DNA of 64,000 bases from Rhizophagus irregularis (GCF_026210795.1 NC_089431.1:806001-870000), one strand, 5' to 3'; counted from the first letter of the stretch, positions 1-14,883 are shown. Numbers and translations are program-made. Notes: generated by a model not told the origin, from the letters alone.

Positions 1-530
1 GGGCATGTGATACTATTGAATAATCAAAAATAATATTAACACCTTTTCTTTTAAGTTTGGGAAAGCAGATTTTTTTATTATTTACAATTTTTATGTTAAA
101 AATTAAAGTAAATTCTAATTTTTATCATAACTTAATAAAAAATACACATTTGATACTTGTTCGCTACTATTTTACTATAAAATAGTATCCAGGCTGTACG
201 GCATGAACGTCAGTATCAGTTACAGCCCAAAAAAACGTAAGTCTCCAGCCGATATTTGGTACGGACTGGGCCTAGCTATTCACTTAATAAATAAAAAAAT
301 AAAAATAATTATCTTCTTCTACGATACGTAGGTAAGTTTCTCCTTCTCCTACGATTGTCACGCGTAACTAAAATTGATCAAATTTATCAAATTTAAAATG
401 TGAACGTAAAATAGAATGTAATATTAATTATAAAATTTTATTATAATATAATTACCTGGCCTCTTCCAAAATCTTGTTCTAAATTCATAATAATATTTTT
501 GGCCAGTACTCATTCACAGCTACTGCCAAA
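1..530. repeat. Dispersed repeat, second copy at ~26674-27225
   Basis: Colinear similarity, e.g. gggcatgtgatactattgaataatcaaaaa vs ggggcatgtaatactattgaataatcaaaaa, and ccagccgatatttggtacggactggg in both copies. Confidence 0.85.
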
Positions 531-2199
531 TGTGGCAAAAAACTGGCTTTCTGTACAAGTTACAGCAACAGCTTTTGATCTGGTTTTGGTGAAGTGATGA
601 ATTTGAAAAAAAACCAATATTTTTTTGAATTCATTTATAAACATTTTTGGGAGTTTATACAAATCTTTACAAAAAATATTATATATACGTATTATTGTAT
701 TACGCTAATTTAAACCTTTACATGTAAAACATTGGAAGATATCAACACTACTTAGATTTGTTGGTAAAATTGGAGTAGACAGTAAAATAATAGATATTAT
801 ATGAGAAAAATTTCAAATAATAAAAAAAACCAAATAAGAAATATACACAAAATATTAAAGATAATTTCTTTTTTTTTTAAATATAATTAAAAAAAAACTT
901 ACTAAATACTCGGCTTAATATTTAACCAAATGGTTTGTTTCTCTATAGGAGAAATAGGTTTTTTATAAGAAATTTTTATATCTTAATAATATATATATAT
1001 TTATACAATAATATCATTTTGATATTTTTTTGTAAAAATATTATCAATAATACCGGTTGAAGAATATTGTTAATATTGGTCATGAATCGTCACAATATTG
1101 ACCAACGGTAACGAAGAATCGGCTGATCGGACTAGTCAATTATGGTTTGTGTGCCAAATGATAATCTTTTTTAACTTTTTTCTTTTTTACTTCTTTTTTT
1201 TTGTAGATATCGGCTTTTTGGATTGGTAATTTGAACGACCAGGCTTCTTAAACGAACGAACCAAAATAAAGTTCGTTCTTTTCTTTGTTTTTACTTCCAG
1301 GGAACGTAATTAACGTTCCCTTTTCTTTTTTTAGTGACCTGGACGAACGAACAAGCCGAACACCCAGGAACTTGAACGAAACAAAGGTATGTTTCGTTCT
1401 TTTTTAGTTTTTACTTCAAGGGAACGTAATTAACGTTCCCTTTTCTTTTTTTTAGCGATCTGGACGAACGAACAAAAAAATTGGTGTATGGCAGTCTGCC
1501 AGATGATCAGTAATTGAAAGGGACCAATAAATTAATTAGCATAACGAAAACAATTTTTAAGAGCATTGGATATCATTTAAGGATCTTATAGAAAAGGCTT
1601 TAATTTTTAGCGGCGCTGAAAATTTTGATGATAGTCATGTATCAATTATTAAGTATTATTTGATTCTTGCATCAAATCATACTAATTTTATATAATTACA
1701 GAGATTTGTTGGGAAGATTTTGAAGCTCCGGAATGGTGCGTACCTATTAAAGCTAATGTATTAACATTTGAATGGGACGTAAGTACCAAAATACAAGATA
1801 TTCAAAATTTTAGAATTACCACAAATATTTTTTGCTTGTAATTCTTATCAAAGTTACAGTTGCTAATAGAGCTCAAATTATTAATAATTATACATTTTAA
1901 AAATATTCCGCATTAAGTTTAGCATTATTTGAAGACTTTTTTATTTGGTAATACCCTCCCCTTAACTTTTCCTCGCCACTTTCATAAACGATAATAAACG
2001 ATTGTGAACAATAATAAGTGATATGATAGATTGAGGGTTGATCGGGTGGTGTGTGTATTAGTGATATTATAATCAATGGTGTATAACAAAAAGCTAACAA
2101 ATGATAATAAAATGATAATGATAATAAATGATAATAAACAATTGTGAAAAAATGATAGAAAATAAAAACTCATTCATTATTATCATCATCGACTAAAAA

Positions 2200-3081
2200 A
2201 GGAAAAGAAATTAATAAATTTTGTATTTACGACTAAAAAAGAAAAAAAAATTAATAAATTTTGTACTTACCATTTCGATCTTCTGTATTTTGAGTATTCG
2301 TATTCGTATTTTGAGTATTCCGGCTCCCACGTGCTATAAAATATTAAGAAAATCAATAAAAATTTATAATTTGATTAAACTTTTATACTTTACATACCAT
2401 TCCTTCTATTGTTTCGTCTGTGTTGAGTTTTATTAACACCAATTGAAGCCTGTACAAACTGATCATCTAGAAACATATTAAATCATATTAAATAAAACAA
2501 TTTACCTCTTTAATATAATCATTTTGTTGATTATGTAATGTTGTTAGATTTAAAAGTTCTTACCTGGTTTTTCCCAAAACCGTGTATTCATGACTTCAAA
2601 ATAAATGGCACCAGCACGGCTTCTTGCCCCTCTCGGATCGTTTGCAATCACTAATAATTGATCCTAAAGTATTAAGTGTTAAATAAGTATTAAAATTACT
2701 ATTACAACAAATTTTTATTAATATTTAACTCACGTGATAACTGGTCACTAATCCATTGAATTTTGTTTGGCACTGTTTGCCCGAATAATTGCTTCCACAC
2801 CTCTCATTTACTTTATTCGCAACGGAATTCCAGAATCTTTTTCTACTTCTTCCTGCAATTTGATAATGGTACTCGAAGTTTCTTGACCTCCGCTGCTCAA
2901 TCAAAACTGCGATTTGGTCATCCGACCACTCCACCCGGCTGGAAGAATAAGTTATAGTGTCGAAAATGGAGGTAGTATTGACATTGATGGTATTGGTATC
3001 ATTGACGGTGGTTGAATCAGTTGAAGATGAGGACATTGTTTGAAATTTTGTTAAAAAATTGTTTAGAATATTTGGAAACAT
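2200..3081 (-). CDS. Myb/SANT-like (trihelix/MADF-type) DNA-binding protein, multi-exon; 3' boundary approximate
   Basis: ORF 2725-3081 has WSDDQIAVLIEQR...KRFWNSVANKVNERCGSNYSGKQCQTKFNGL, which fits Myb/SANT-like W spacing. Short GT-AG introns follow. Confidence 0.7.
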
Positions 3082-3749
3082 ATTTGATAAAAAAAAATAT
3101 GTATTGATTATAAAAAAAAATATGTATTGATTATTAATTAGTATTGATTATCAAAAAAATGCGAGAAAGTTCTTGTAACAATTCTAATTATGCCATTCAA
3201 TTATCATGATATTACATCATTTCATTTTTTAATTATTAGTACAATTTTTAATGTAACACCATTTCAAAATGATTTTGTTGATTCATGATATTATATCATA
3301 AAATTCACAAAACAGAGAATTCGTAAAACTCCGTCTCTTGTCCATTAAAAGTGATTAAAATGTCGATCTTCCATTGTTTTCCATCGTACAAAAAAAAAAA
3401 TTAGCCATTAAAAGTGATTAAAAATTTTGTAAATTAGGCCCGGTATTATTCTTACGTAAAAATTAACATTTATTTATTACGACTTACTAATGCGAAAAAA
3501 AATTAATTAATTTTATTAATTTTACATCTTGGATTGATTTAATGTTAATTTTCAAAAGTTGAATTAATGTTGAGCGCGTTAAACGAATTCGTTGAGCAAA
3601 AATTATGCTTATGTAATACGCGATTAATAATTTTTCATTTGATGAAAGTCACGAGACATACTATCTTCTTGCTTATATTATACACGATTATCACTAAGCT
3701 TGAAATGGAAATCAAATGTGTCATCATTTTCTTTATTTGGTGTGGCATA

Positions 3750-6700
3750 CTACAAGTTAAATCTTCTATTCAAAGGTATAATCGACAAATATTTTTGTTT
3801 TCCTACCGTAATATTTCTAAATTTTGTAGCTCGACATAATATCCTATGAACCGCTAACAGGGAATCACAACCTTCTTGAAAGTATTCAGCTTTCCATAAT
3901 TCGGTATTTGATATTTCTGGCTCCATAAAACTATGTTTAAACCGAATACTAAAAGAAGGTGCAGGTTTATACCACTTGACATATGCTAGGAGGTGAGTTT
4001 TCGTTCCTTCTGGAAATCTAAGGGCATGCTTGAAATAATATTGGACTTCACCCGGATAAGTGTCAACTGAATCATCATTAGCTGCTTTCCATTTTGCAAA
4101 TATATTCGCATTTTTTTCATGGCGACCAGAAATCATAGATCCAAATATTTCGGCGCCAATTTGTAGTCTTGCATGCTGATTCATATGCAAATCCATAAAT
4201 CCTAACACATCTTCTTTTTCCTTTTCATATAATATTGCATACCATTCACATAGAAATCCTCGCAACTCCAAAGGCATAACGACATTGATATATGATGGGT
4301 TAAGCATTTGGCCAGGTAATGGTTCAGTGCCATATATTTTGGAAATCATAGACGTATTATGTCTCATGAATAGAAAATGCTGCAGTTCCTCCCTTTCTGC
4401 TGTGATTGCTAAACTTCCTACAGCTTTTTTTGGTACAAGAAGATGGAGAGATTTATCTAGAAGGCCAGATGTCCATTTACATGATAAGTGATAATCCACC
4501 AAAGTGTTTTTAAGAACAATTTTCATTAATTCGGGTTCTATTTGTCGGTTACTATTAGGATATGATCCTAAATAACAGGAATTTTTTTAATAAAGGTACT
4601 AAAGACAATTGAAAGACACTGAAGTAAATTTACCTATATATCCATTAAGTCTTTCAAACGGGAAAAGCCAAAAACTATATATAGGACCATAATCACGACA
4701 GCAATCAGGGATATGAAGTGCGAGATGTATATTGCTTGTTATAAATTCTGGTCCATATGTATATTCTATAAGGTAGGCCATATCTTTTAACCTCTCTTGC
4801 GCCTCCTTCAAATCATCATCTGTAATAAATCTTGCTACTAAAAGATTACAAGCTCGAACAAAATGCCCTAAGATCTTTCTATCATTATCATCTAGCATAT
4901 CCCATAATATAGATGTAGAATAAATCATAATAAAGGTCTTCCATTGATCAGCAGTTAAGTTAGAAAACCCATCATTTCCGATTGCAATCTTTGGAGGAAT
5001 TCTACCAATGTCAGAAGGTAAATCAATATTATCCATTCTGTTTTGTGCTACACGAAGTTGTTCCATAGTTAATTTTTTTTGGTTTACAAAAATGGATTTG
5101 ATTATCCATTTTGCAACACCGAGAAAAAGACAATGCATAGGATCCACTACAGCAAATCGTATAGGATCCATGTATGGTAGGCGAAGCACTTCAGTCCATC
5201 TTATACCACGTACTTTAAAATGCGCTTCTCTGGAGGACTTTGAGTTACATTGCAACCATTCATGAGCATATTGTCTATGTAATAAAAGATCTGCAGGCTT
5301 TGTTACCCATTCATTATAGTCTTGCATTCCTCCGTAATGAGTTTTTCTAAATTCCTCGCTATAAGTGGTACGTTTATCACACCTATAGCATTTCATTACT
5401 GCAGATCCACGACCAAATAACTTTCGTGTAGCTGGAGTATCAGATGATCCAACAATTAACGCAACTTTTATTTCTAAACCATTGGAAAATTGGTGAGTTT
5501 TTGGTACTTTCCACCCCTTCCAAAGTTCTAATAACTCATCTACAATAGGAGCTAGATAATGATTAATGCGTTCCAACCCTGCCTCTTTTGGTCCTGGTAA
5601 GAAACCCAAATATATAATATTTTCGGGCTTATTCCTTTCTGACCTTGGAAGATTGCAAATAGACGCATAAATAGCGCCAGTACTATGCTGCGTGTAGGAG
5701 AATGGTTGGAACCAATCAAGATTAAGGAGAAGACCTAGATGGGTTGTGGCAGTCTCGTTGTAAAAAAGGTACTACCATCAAATGGAAAATTTTTCCATAC
5801 CTTACCATCGTAAATATCTGAATAGATATTATTTTCGTTTCTTTGAGTCCCTGATAATTTTAACATGTTCTCAAAATCTGGTCGTTGATATAAAATGCTC
5901 AATTGCTGACGAATGTTTGGCTTTAGGATAAAGCATGCGAGGTACGCAAAATTGTTGCATCTTTATTTTTTTTGAGAATGGAAAGTGGATTATTGCATTG
6001 GTGATTACGACTTGATATTGGATTATTTGGATACTCTTTATACGGGCAATTCATTATAGCAACTTTTCCTTCTTCCTTATATGCAATAATATCTTTAACA
6101 TTATGCAATTTATGGCAATCGGTACATGCAGCTAATTGCATTTTCGGTTGAAAAATGTTTAACCATATTTTTGCCATATATAATGAGGTAGGAAAATTTT
6201 CAAATTGCAACTTATCAAAGCGCATAAGAATTATATGAAAAAATTTTATTAAGGATTCAAGTGCAATATCAGGCAATCGAAATCTTTGTTGAAATTTAAA
6301 TAGCCATATTATAATCTCAGTATTAATAGAATCACTTAAGCTTTCCACTATAAATGCTTCTTCATTGTCATTGTCAATCTTAGGAGATGCGAAAAAATCT
6401 TCTACATCATCATTCTCTTCTCCTTCATCCACATCATCATTCTCTTCCTCATCCATATTATCTACATCATCATTCTCCTCTCCTTCATTCACATCATCAT
6501 TCTCTTCCTCATCCATATTATTTACATCATCATTCTCTTCCCCCTCATTTATATTATCTACATTATAATTCTCACCAAAATAATTGATTTCATCATTATT
6601 TTCATCAATTGTAGGTGCTGGAATACGAAAACATGAAGGTTTTGATGAAAATAATGTTATATTTTCTTCAATATATTGGAAAGAAGGACCAGGATGGGAA

Positions 6701-7071
6701 GAGTCCTGATCTGGACTAGATGTACCGGAGTAATTATTTCTTTCTCGCTTTTTTGATATGTTCAATTTTATTTCTGTATTTATATATGTATTATTAACAG
6801 ATGATGTTTTTTTCTTTCTTATCATGATGGTATTTTCCTGATTTTTTCTAGAATCTTTTGATCTCGATTCCCACAAACTATCATCATACGTATGTTTCTC
6901 TTGAGTGCGAGAATCAACTTCTGCACCTTTGCAACGAGCACAATTGCAAATATACAAATACTTTTTTTTGGGCTTTATTAAATCAGCCACAAAGGTTTCA
7001 GAGGTTTCAACTTTACGTTTTTTATTACTCTTTATTAATCCAGATACAGAGTTACATTTTTTATTACTCAT
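3750..7071 (-). pseudogene. CACTA/EnSpm (Transposase_21-like) transposase, frameshifted
   Basis: Motifs YDGKVWK, LNLDWFQPF, ICNLPRSER, GFLPGPKE, VVDPMHCLFLG, HLALH..GP..FWLFPFER and C-terminal YPGEVQYY..LAYVKWY. Frameshifts near 5940 and 5760; intron at ~4570-4635. Confidence 0.9.
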
Positions 7072-7385
7072 TTTTATTAAAATGTATAAAATATATTTTT
7101 TATTCTATCACTTTTAATAGTTAGTAATCAAGACGTTCAGAAACGAGCTTTTAATAATTCTTATCATACATAAGAATTGCACAAGAATTTTATGAGCGCG
7201 TTACTTTTACCTGGTGAGAATTGCGCAAACGCGTTGCTACCTCTGAGCCCTTGATCTGCATCCTGAAATCTCTGAAATCATTATAAATTTGCACACAAAC
7301 AACTTTTCTCGCATTCTGAAATCTCTACTTTATACGGGATTTTTTTATTTTACAAAATAACAAAAAGATTTTATACTTCGTAACA

Positions 7386-8562
7386 ATGAATAGTGATAAT
7401 GTATCATCTAGTGATGAATCATCCTCCTCCTCCTCCTCCTCCTCTTCTTCTTCTTCTTCCTTTTCTAAAAGTTCTTATAACACGATAAAAGCAAGTATTT
7501 GATTATTTTATATATTATTTCTGCTTTTATCCTATTTACATTTATCTATTATTTTACAGAAAGAAGTGTTTATTTGGAGCGACTCCGAGCTAAAAGACGT
7601 ATACAGTATTAACTATGAGCTCACATGGGCTGAGCAAAAAGATAACATAGTCACCAAGTTGCTTCCACCACTTTACAAACTCGTAAATAAAAAATATAAA
7701 GTCTCAAATAGTGATTTATTAAAGATGTTATATGGACGTTGGCGATCTCGCCATCGCGTTAGTAATATTAGAAAGCAAGGGGAAGCCCAAATAAAACGTA
7801 ACAAAAGAAGAGCAATGAAGAATTCAAGGATGCAGGATGTAAATTATTTAATTAACAGAAGCTATTAAATTTAGTTTTTTTTTTAAATTAATTATATTGT
7901 GCTTTATAATTAACATTGTTAGAAAAAAAAAGAAGAACAAACGTGGCCAATTACCTAATACAAAACAAAGATAAGTACATTTGCCGATATCCTGAAAAGG
8001 ATCTAGTTCAAATTTTAAAAGATTCAGGCTACCATTCCGAAGAATGGGAGGAAACCGACGAAGATGATGAAGATGATGAAAATGATGAAGAAGAAGTAGT
8101 CGCAAAAAAAAATTCGATATATATTTATGAAAGATGGTGGAGATCTCCTGCTGTATGTATATTTTATTATTTTTTATCAAAGTATAAACACTAATTTATA
8201 GTTTAATTTCTTTATTTAAGCTTCAACGTTTATTACATAATCGTATTGATCCAACGGTAGAGTTATTAAGGAAAAAACCACCAAACTTAAAATGTAAAAG
8301 AGTTCTAGACAAAACAGAAACAGTTAGTGTGCCACCTGCCGGCGCACCAAGCTGGTGTTTGAATAGAGAAGCACTTGAAAAATTCAACCGTTTAACCAAA
8401 AATATCCCGGTTTATGATTATGATACTGATGAAAGCATCATTCAAGACAACAATGGTGCCGATGATGATGTTGATAATAACGTCGTAAATAACAAAAATA
8501 ACAACAAAAGGAAAAAAAAGAAAAATAAATCTAAATCAAAAAATAAAAAATCAAAAAAATAA
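7386..8562 (+). CDS. CACTA accessory (TnpA-like) protein, multi-exon, divergent from the transposase
   Basis: Exons in ORFs 7566, 7916 and 8329. Motifs GYHSEEWEETD, YERWWRS and APSWCL resemble the two accessory genes in the 48145-61660 element. Confidence 0.65.
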
Positions 8563-10559
8563 ATTTTACAATTATTACACTTTTGCCTAAATAGGTTTAT
8601 CGTCAAAAATACTAATCAGACTTTAATAAAAATCAGAATTCAAACATTTTCATTTAATTTTTTTAAAAATTGATTGATTAAATTAAAAATATCATGGTTT
8701 GATAAAGCTATAGATTACAGTTTATTTTTATTAATAAACAAGTTACGGTATTGATTACTTTATTACAGTAACAATTTAATTACGGATAAGGTATTTAATA
8801 AGATATCAAAAACTGATTAATAAAATTTTCTATATTAACATACGATAAATTAGATTAATAAGCTAAATACGATAATATTATTTTTTCAAAAAAATTAAAA
8901 TGAAAATATACACAAATTTTTGTTTTTGGTATGTAAGTCAAATTAAATTACTATATGCTTAAATCATAACTCATAACCCAAAGTTGAGGATTAACCGGGT
9001 ACCTTGCTTTAGATTCAGCGACACTTCCCAAGTCAGATGAGGTGCCACAGGTACGCTTTAAGAAAACTCGCTATGATAATAAGGATAAGTATATTCGAAA
9101 ATACCAGATATGAATAAACATAGGATACGATGAATAATCTCAAATAGAAAAATAAAAAATAAAAAAATAAAATAAAATAAAATAAAAATATAAAAAATAA
9201 AATAAAATAAAAAAAATATTTTCAATTAGACAAAGCATCCTCGTTCCTTCCTGGAATTCTCATTTGACTAAATTATTATTGTTTGTAATTTGATCCATTT
9301 GAATCCACCATAAATTGCCAGACAGGGCGAACCCTTATTAGACAATTATAGCTTCATCACCAAATGGCTGCGATGTGTTTAATGATATGGCAACCTGTTT
9401 AATTCATTTTTAAATGAGCAAACGTGGCCATAAAACTCATTAAAAAGGTAGGCTACAGAGTGCAATGCAACCTACCTAACCTAACAAGTAGGTCTAAGGG
9501 TTAGTGAATAAAATACACCCTAAACCCATGCAGTTGGTATGGAAATAAAAGTTTACAAACGGAAGTTTCAGACTGTGCCTGACGACAAAATGGGTGAGGT
9601 GCAATCAGGACTTTTTCCTCTAATCCAGCCCGGAATTATAGAGGCAACATTGTTATCGTACAAAGCACATCGACGAAAACGTCTCTCAAAGAAATTAATC
9701 AATAAAGAGTATACTTGGGCAATAGCCGATCTTCATCGTCACCCTATAAACTCCAAAAGGACAGGGATCAGCGCAGGCATTTTGGCTTACGTATCTCTTT
9801 AAAGATTAATTAAATTGAAAAATAGGATTATGACTGAATCGATCGCCTCCGGTTATCAAACTTCCATCAGAAGTGATCGCTAGAATCAAAGATACCAATA
9901 ATCACCCTTATCAGTAACGATCGAACTAAAGATGTTAGAGAAATAAAATCCGTCATTTATATGGAATTAGTTTGTATTACAATTTTATTACGATTTGGGT
10001 AAAAAAAATATCTCCTTAAAATTTATTTTTTTTCAGGTATCCTGGCTATATGGAAAGATTCCTAATATGGTAATAGTACAATACACCTTATACGCCATTT
10101 TGCAAATTCAGTGTAATAGTTTACAAAGAAAAAAAGGGGAACGTATTTATTTTTTTGCCATGAGAAATTTAATTACAATAAGTGGATTTCAGAAAATCGC
10201 GGTAATTTGAATAATTTGTATATGCTTTTGATAACGGGTTTGAAGTTTAGGTATTCTCTGGCCGCACTCTTGTATTACTATGATCACCGAGAGTTGGCTT
10301 ATATAATAATCTTATCATTCAATATTTCCTAAAAAAGTAAATAAACATCATCTATTTATAAGTATTCATGATTTGGAAAAACTCCGTATGAAGTTGTGAA
10401 GATAAATGATACTTGGATCAAGCACTCCATAGCAATTATCTTTTTTCGTACACTGTATTACATTTTTACAAAGTACAAAGCGTACAAAGCCAATACCAAA
10501 TAGACAGAAATCAGTAGCTGTTTTCTATACTACGATAATATTAAATACACACAAATTTT

Positions 10560-10800
10560 TTTAAAGATCGTACAAATATCGGTGACCGATATATATTAGA
10601 TAACGGATCGGTGACTAATAGTTTGGATATCGGACACTTAGTAATTTACATTTTTTTAACCATATTTGAAATTTGCGCATTATGTGACAAATCGGGTACC
10701 CGATATGTTGTTAATATGTAAAAATGCCCGATATGTACCTAATTAGTCACCGATATATAGGTACCCGATATGTGTGAGATAGATCGTTTTTTGACCTGTG
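10560..10800. mobile_element. Right terminus of a CACA(G/C)GTC-type CACTA element with subterminal repeats
   Basis: Ends in ttgacctgtg (rc CACAGGTCAA) after repeated ccgatat/atcgg motifs. The left end was not found in the window. Confidence 0.65.
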
Positions 10801-10863
10801 ACAAGTCCTGGGACCGACCGGTCCAGGACCGAGTAGGACCGGTAGGACCGATGACCATCCTTA
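10801..10863. mobile_element. Fragment of a hAT-like terminus
   Basis: rc reads TAAGGATGGTCATCGGTCCTACCGGTCC, with repeated ggaccg subterminal motifs. It abuts and truncates the following repeat. Confidence 0.5.
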
Positions 10864-12641
10864 ATCCGAAGGGATGCCATATTCACTGCAATTCTCCTTC
10901 TCAGATACCCTGCAAAGAATGCGGTGAATTAACTTATGGCAGATATGGATTTTGCGATATTCATGTTAGAAAGTACCGTAAAAAAGAACAGTACCATCGG
11001 AACAAGCTGGCGAACTTGGCTTCGACGCAGTTATTGGTAAATAATTTATAGGTAAACAAAAATAATACAACTTGTCACTAGTGGATTCCAAAGGGATCGT
11101 GTCACTAGAAAAAAAAAGCCAGTGACAGAACTAGTGACGTGAACGATAGGCTCTTTAAGAATTACGGAGGCTGAAAGAAACCTTTCTTGATGGATGTCAC
11201 TAGTGTCACTAGTGTCACTAAAAAAAATCTGAGTTCCTTAACTTTTTTTATTTTTTTATAGCATACATTTATTATAATATATCTTGTGTAAAGTAGGTAG
11301 CATAGAAAAAATTTGATTTTTTTTTCTAATTTATTACTTTACTAGTGACACTAGTGACACTAATCAAGAAAGAAATAAAATAGCCTAATAATCTCAAGAA
11401 AGATAACAAAGCTGTCACTAGTTCTGTCACCAGTTAGTATTCGGAACTAGTGACACTAGTGACAAATTTACCGATGAACAAAAATCGTAGAAAGCTTCAG
11501 GAGAATACACGAAAAAAGGGTATGAAAGTAATATAGCCTGAACTAATTCGGCACTTCGTGCCTCATCCTCGGCAATCAAAATGGTCATGGACAGGATTGC
11601 AAGAATGGCACAACATCGGCACTTCGTGCCTGACCGGCAATCAAAAAGTGAGTAAATAGATTGCGGTACATCTTCGGCAAATAGATAGATTGCAAATTCG
11701 GCACTTCGCATGTGCCTCATCCCTGGCAATCAAAAGGATTATAGAAGGCGGGATTGCGCAGGTTACCAACTCGGCACTTCGTGCCTCATCCCTGGCAATC
11801 AAAAAGTGAGGGAATAGATTGTGAAATGTCTTCGGCAAATAGATGGATTGCAAATTCGGCACCCTTGTGCCTCATCCGGCAATCAAATGGGCCGGCCATA
11901 ATAATGCCTATCACACCAGGCCCTCGAAAGTTACTCAAAAGTTACTTGAAAGTGACGGGAAAGTGCCTGGAACTGGCGAAAAGCCGAACACGTGATTGGC
12001 ACAGTAAATTTCGTTAATTTCGGCCAGCACTATTCCATATTTTTTTCCAAATATTTGGGACGCAATAACTCGGCATCCAGGCATCCGATTCATACGATCT
12101 TAGCATCATTGGAAAGCCCTTAACGCCCTCATTCAAACGATCACAAAACCGCATGAAACCAATCACAGGAAGCCAAGATATTCCGCCCCAAAGATCAGGT
12201 TAAAAATATAGCATAGTGCCGGCCAAAATCTGATTAGCAAATTAACTGCGCTACCTGACATGATATTTTTTTTACCATATTTCGGCATTCTGGCAGGCAA
12301 CAAAAAAGGTAAAGAAGGAAAGCACCCTCGACACTTTAACAGGCAACCAAAAAGACCCAGAAGCAGGTAAACAAATAAATAGCTCTTTATTAATAAAATA
12401 AGTACAGACCATTGAAAACAGGCAGATAGTTAGAAGGTAATAAAAAAGAAATAGAGCAATAAAATCAAGCGAATATCTATAAGACAATAAAAAGATTACA
12501 GAGTATTAAAATCAAATGGATAGTAATTTGATTATAAAACCCTCACAGAAAACTGAAATCATTAAAGTAGGTAACATTATACTCATAAGTAGGTAACATT
12601 ATACTGCAAGTAGTTAACAGTCTATTAGACTGTTAACTACT
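10864..12641 (+). repeat. Long terminal repeat copy 1 of a putative Polinton/Maverick-like element (originally the left end, now inverted)
   Basis: Near-identical to 24297-26068. Ends in the palindrome AGTAGTTAACAGTCTA-T-TAGACTGTTAACTACT, followed by AAATT (rc of TSD AATTT). Confidence 0.8.
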
Positions 12642-12793
12642 AAATTGATCCATTTTATCGAATATTGAGCTTTTATTAGTAAACTCCGGTATATCAAAAC
12701 TATTTTAATATATGTGATTTGGTTCCAGCAAAAAAATCCGGTTTAGGCCCAAATCCGGTTTATCGAAGATCCGGTTTATCAAATTTCACTGTG
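12642..12793 (-). mobile_element. Left half of a Tc1/mariner-type MITE, inverted
   Basis: rc matches the first ~150 bp of the intact MITE at 41099-41621. Ends in CACAGTGAAATTTGATAAACCGG with a TA flank. Confidence 0.85.
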
Positions 12794-14047
12794 TATTACG
12801 CAAGTTTACAGTTTCGTAAATTTTCAAAATATTTTGACCGTAATATTGCGTAAATCTTACGATATTGAAAACTTGTGTAATATTTTAACCATAATATCAC
12901 ATAAATCTTACAAAATTGTAAACTTACGTAATATTTTGAAATTTTTCAAAATATTATGCCATAAACTTTTATAAACTTACAAAATCGTAAACTTATGCAA
13001 TTTTTCACGCTATAAAATTTTTTGATGAATATTTTGAATTTGTAGGTAAGTCAATTTTAAAATCTCAGTTGTACTATATGAAACCAACTTGATTTTGTCT
13101 ATTTTAACTCCATTTTTTCTGAATAACATAAGATGTTTTCTAGCCCTAAAAGTTTTCTTGTGCAAGTTATTTTGTGTGATTTTAGTAGGGAGAAATCAGA
13201 TCTCTTTGTAAATCATTGATCTTGCCATTTTATCTTTGATTCTACCATCAGCAGTAAGAGCACCTACTTTGCTCTTAAATTCAAAGGAATAATTGTACCA
13301 GTCTAAGATTTCCTGCTAACCAGATTTTATTGCTGTATCAAATAGATAAGATAAGTGTTGGGCAGAACTTGAAATCATATTCTCTGATCCAATGCAAGAG
13401 GAATTAGTATGATATTGTCTTCAGTGGATATGGATGAGCAGATGCCAAAGGTACCACACAGCTTTTGTATTAGTCCCTATTCTACAATTTGATTTTTATC
13501 TAGCGATTCCTCTGGAATCAGCTCATCATTATCTTGCTCCATGAGATCTGGTTCGTATCTCTAGTTAAAAAATTAATATAGCCCAATAGGAAAATTTTAA
13601 AGTACAAGCCACTGGGCCAGGCTGGACTGACATTTTTGACTCATTCTATATACATTCTTGAAGATTAAAATCCCCTTTTAGGGAATACATTTCAGAATTT
13701 CTACATATGACATACTTAATTCTCATTATTTCTTTATTTTTACTTGCCTTTTCATTTTACATAAAAACATTTCCTGTGAAATTATGGATTAAGATCACAG
13801 TTATGTATAGATATATTTGAATACAAAGAATAATAATAATTCTTTTCTGTAATATGTTAGTGATATTCTTTGAATACTATTATATAATGTTATGAATTTA
13901 TGTATTGCGAAATTTTTTGTAATATGACAGTGGACAATCATTAAGGAGATGAAAAAAATAGCCGGTTAAAAAAAAAGTAGTTGAGAACTGTAAAAAAGTA
14001 AGACAAAAATGCTGATGCCTTAAAAACCACCTTGCTAATATTATTAA

Positions 14048-14550
14048 TTCGTGATCTGCCAGTGAACCATAAAATTTGACTATTAAAAGGCGGTGATAAG
14101 TTCATATATATTTTTATCAATAATTTAGAATCTGCGATTCCGGAGAAAAAATACGGGATAACTCGCCTTCTATTGGTCATGGAGACATAAAATTATTACC
14201 ATTAGATGCGTCTTGACGAGACGAATCCGATGAACCAAATTTTATTTTCCTACGACCACTAGATGATGAGTTATCTTTAAAATTTTCAAAATACTAAATT
14301 TTTTTTTTCAAATTCAAATTTTCAGCTCTTATGAAAGTGTCTTTTAGTGCTTAAAATTTTTACCGGTCTTTTATTATTAAGATAGCCAAATGGCATATTT
14401 TTATGCCTATAATATTAGTTTTCATATTATATTTTAGTAATTTGTACCTTGCATTGCCGGAACTGTAGATTCCGCGCTATTAGTAAATATATATATAACT
14501 TTCACCAGAATTTAATAGCCAAGTTTTATGGTTCACTGGCGGATCACGAA
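14048..14550. mobile_element. Non-autonomous TIR element flanked by TTAA
   Basis: ~40-bp imperfect TIRs TTCGTGATCTGCCAGTGAACCATAAAA / TTTTATGGTTCACTGGCGGATCACGAA, with TTAA on both sides. Confidence 0.75.
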
Positions 14551-14883
14551 TTAATTCATTTCATAGTTCAATTTCTCTTTAATTAATTTTTTGGACTGTT
14601 TCGGTTAAACCGTTTTTAACTAAAAGGATTTGGACCTTGGGCATCATTTTTTAGGACAAATTCCGGTCGATTAAAGGCATGATAAGCAAATTAAAATGGG
14701 GATTTTCACATTTTTATTCATTCAAGATGCGCAATTCATAAAAAGGCAATAGATACTAAGAAAACACAAAACTTGACAGAAATTATAAAAGAAACCCAGG
14801 TCAACAATCTCGAGACCAAGCAAAACAAAAGTGAGCATAAAACATCATATAACGTTTCTCAATTATTTTTATTCTGATCAACA

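Noticed and set aside
8980..9960. GC-richer segment with an 87-aa ORF, possibly a retroelement fragment
   Set aside because: No recognisable domain or boundaries.
11427..12487. ORFs in the GC-richer repeat arrays (and their twins at 24865-25914)
   Set aside because: They arise from repeated motifs. Indels between the copies change frames in part of the region, and there are no protein motifs.
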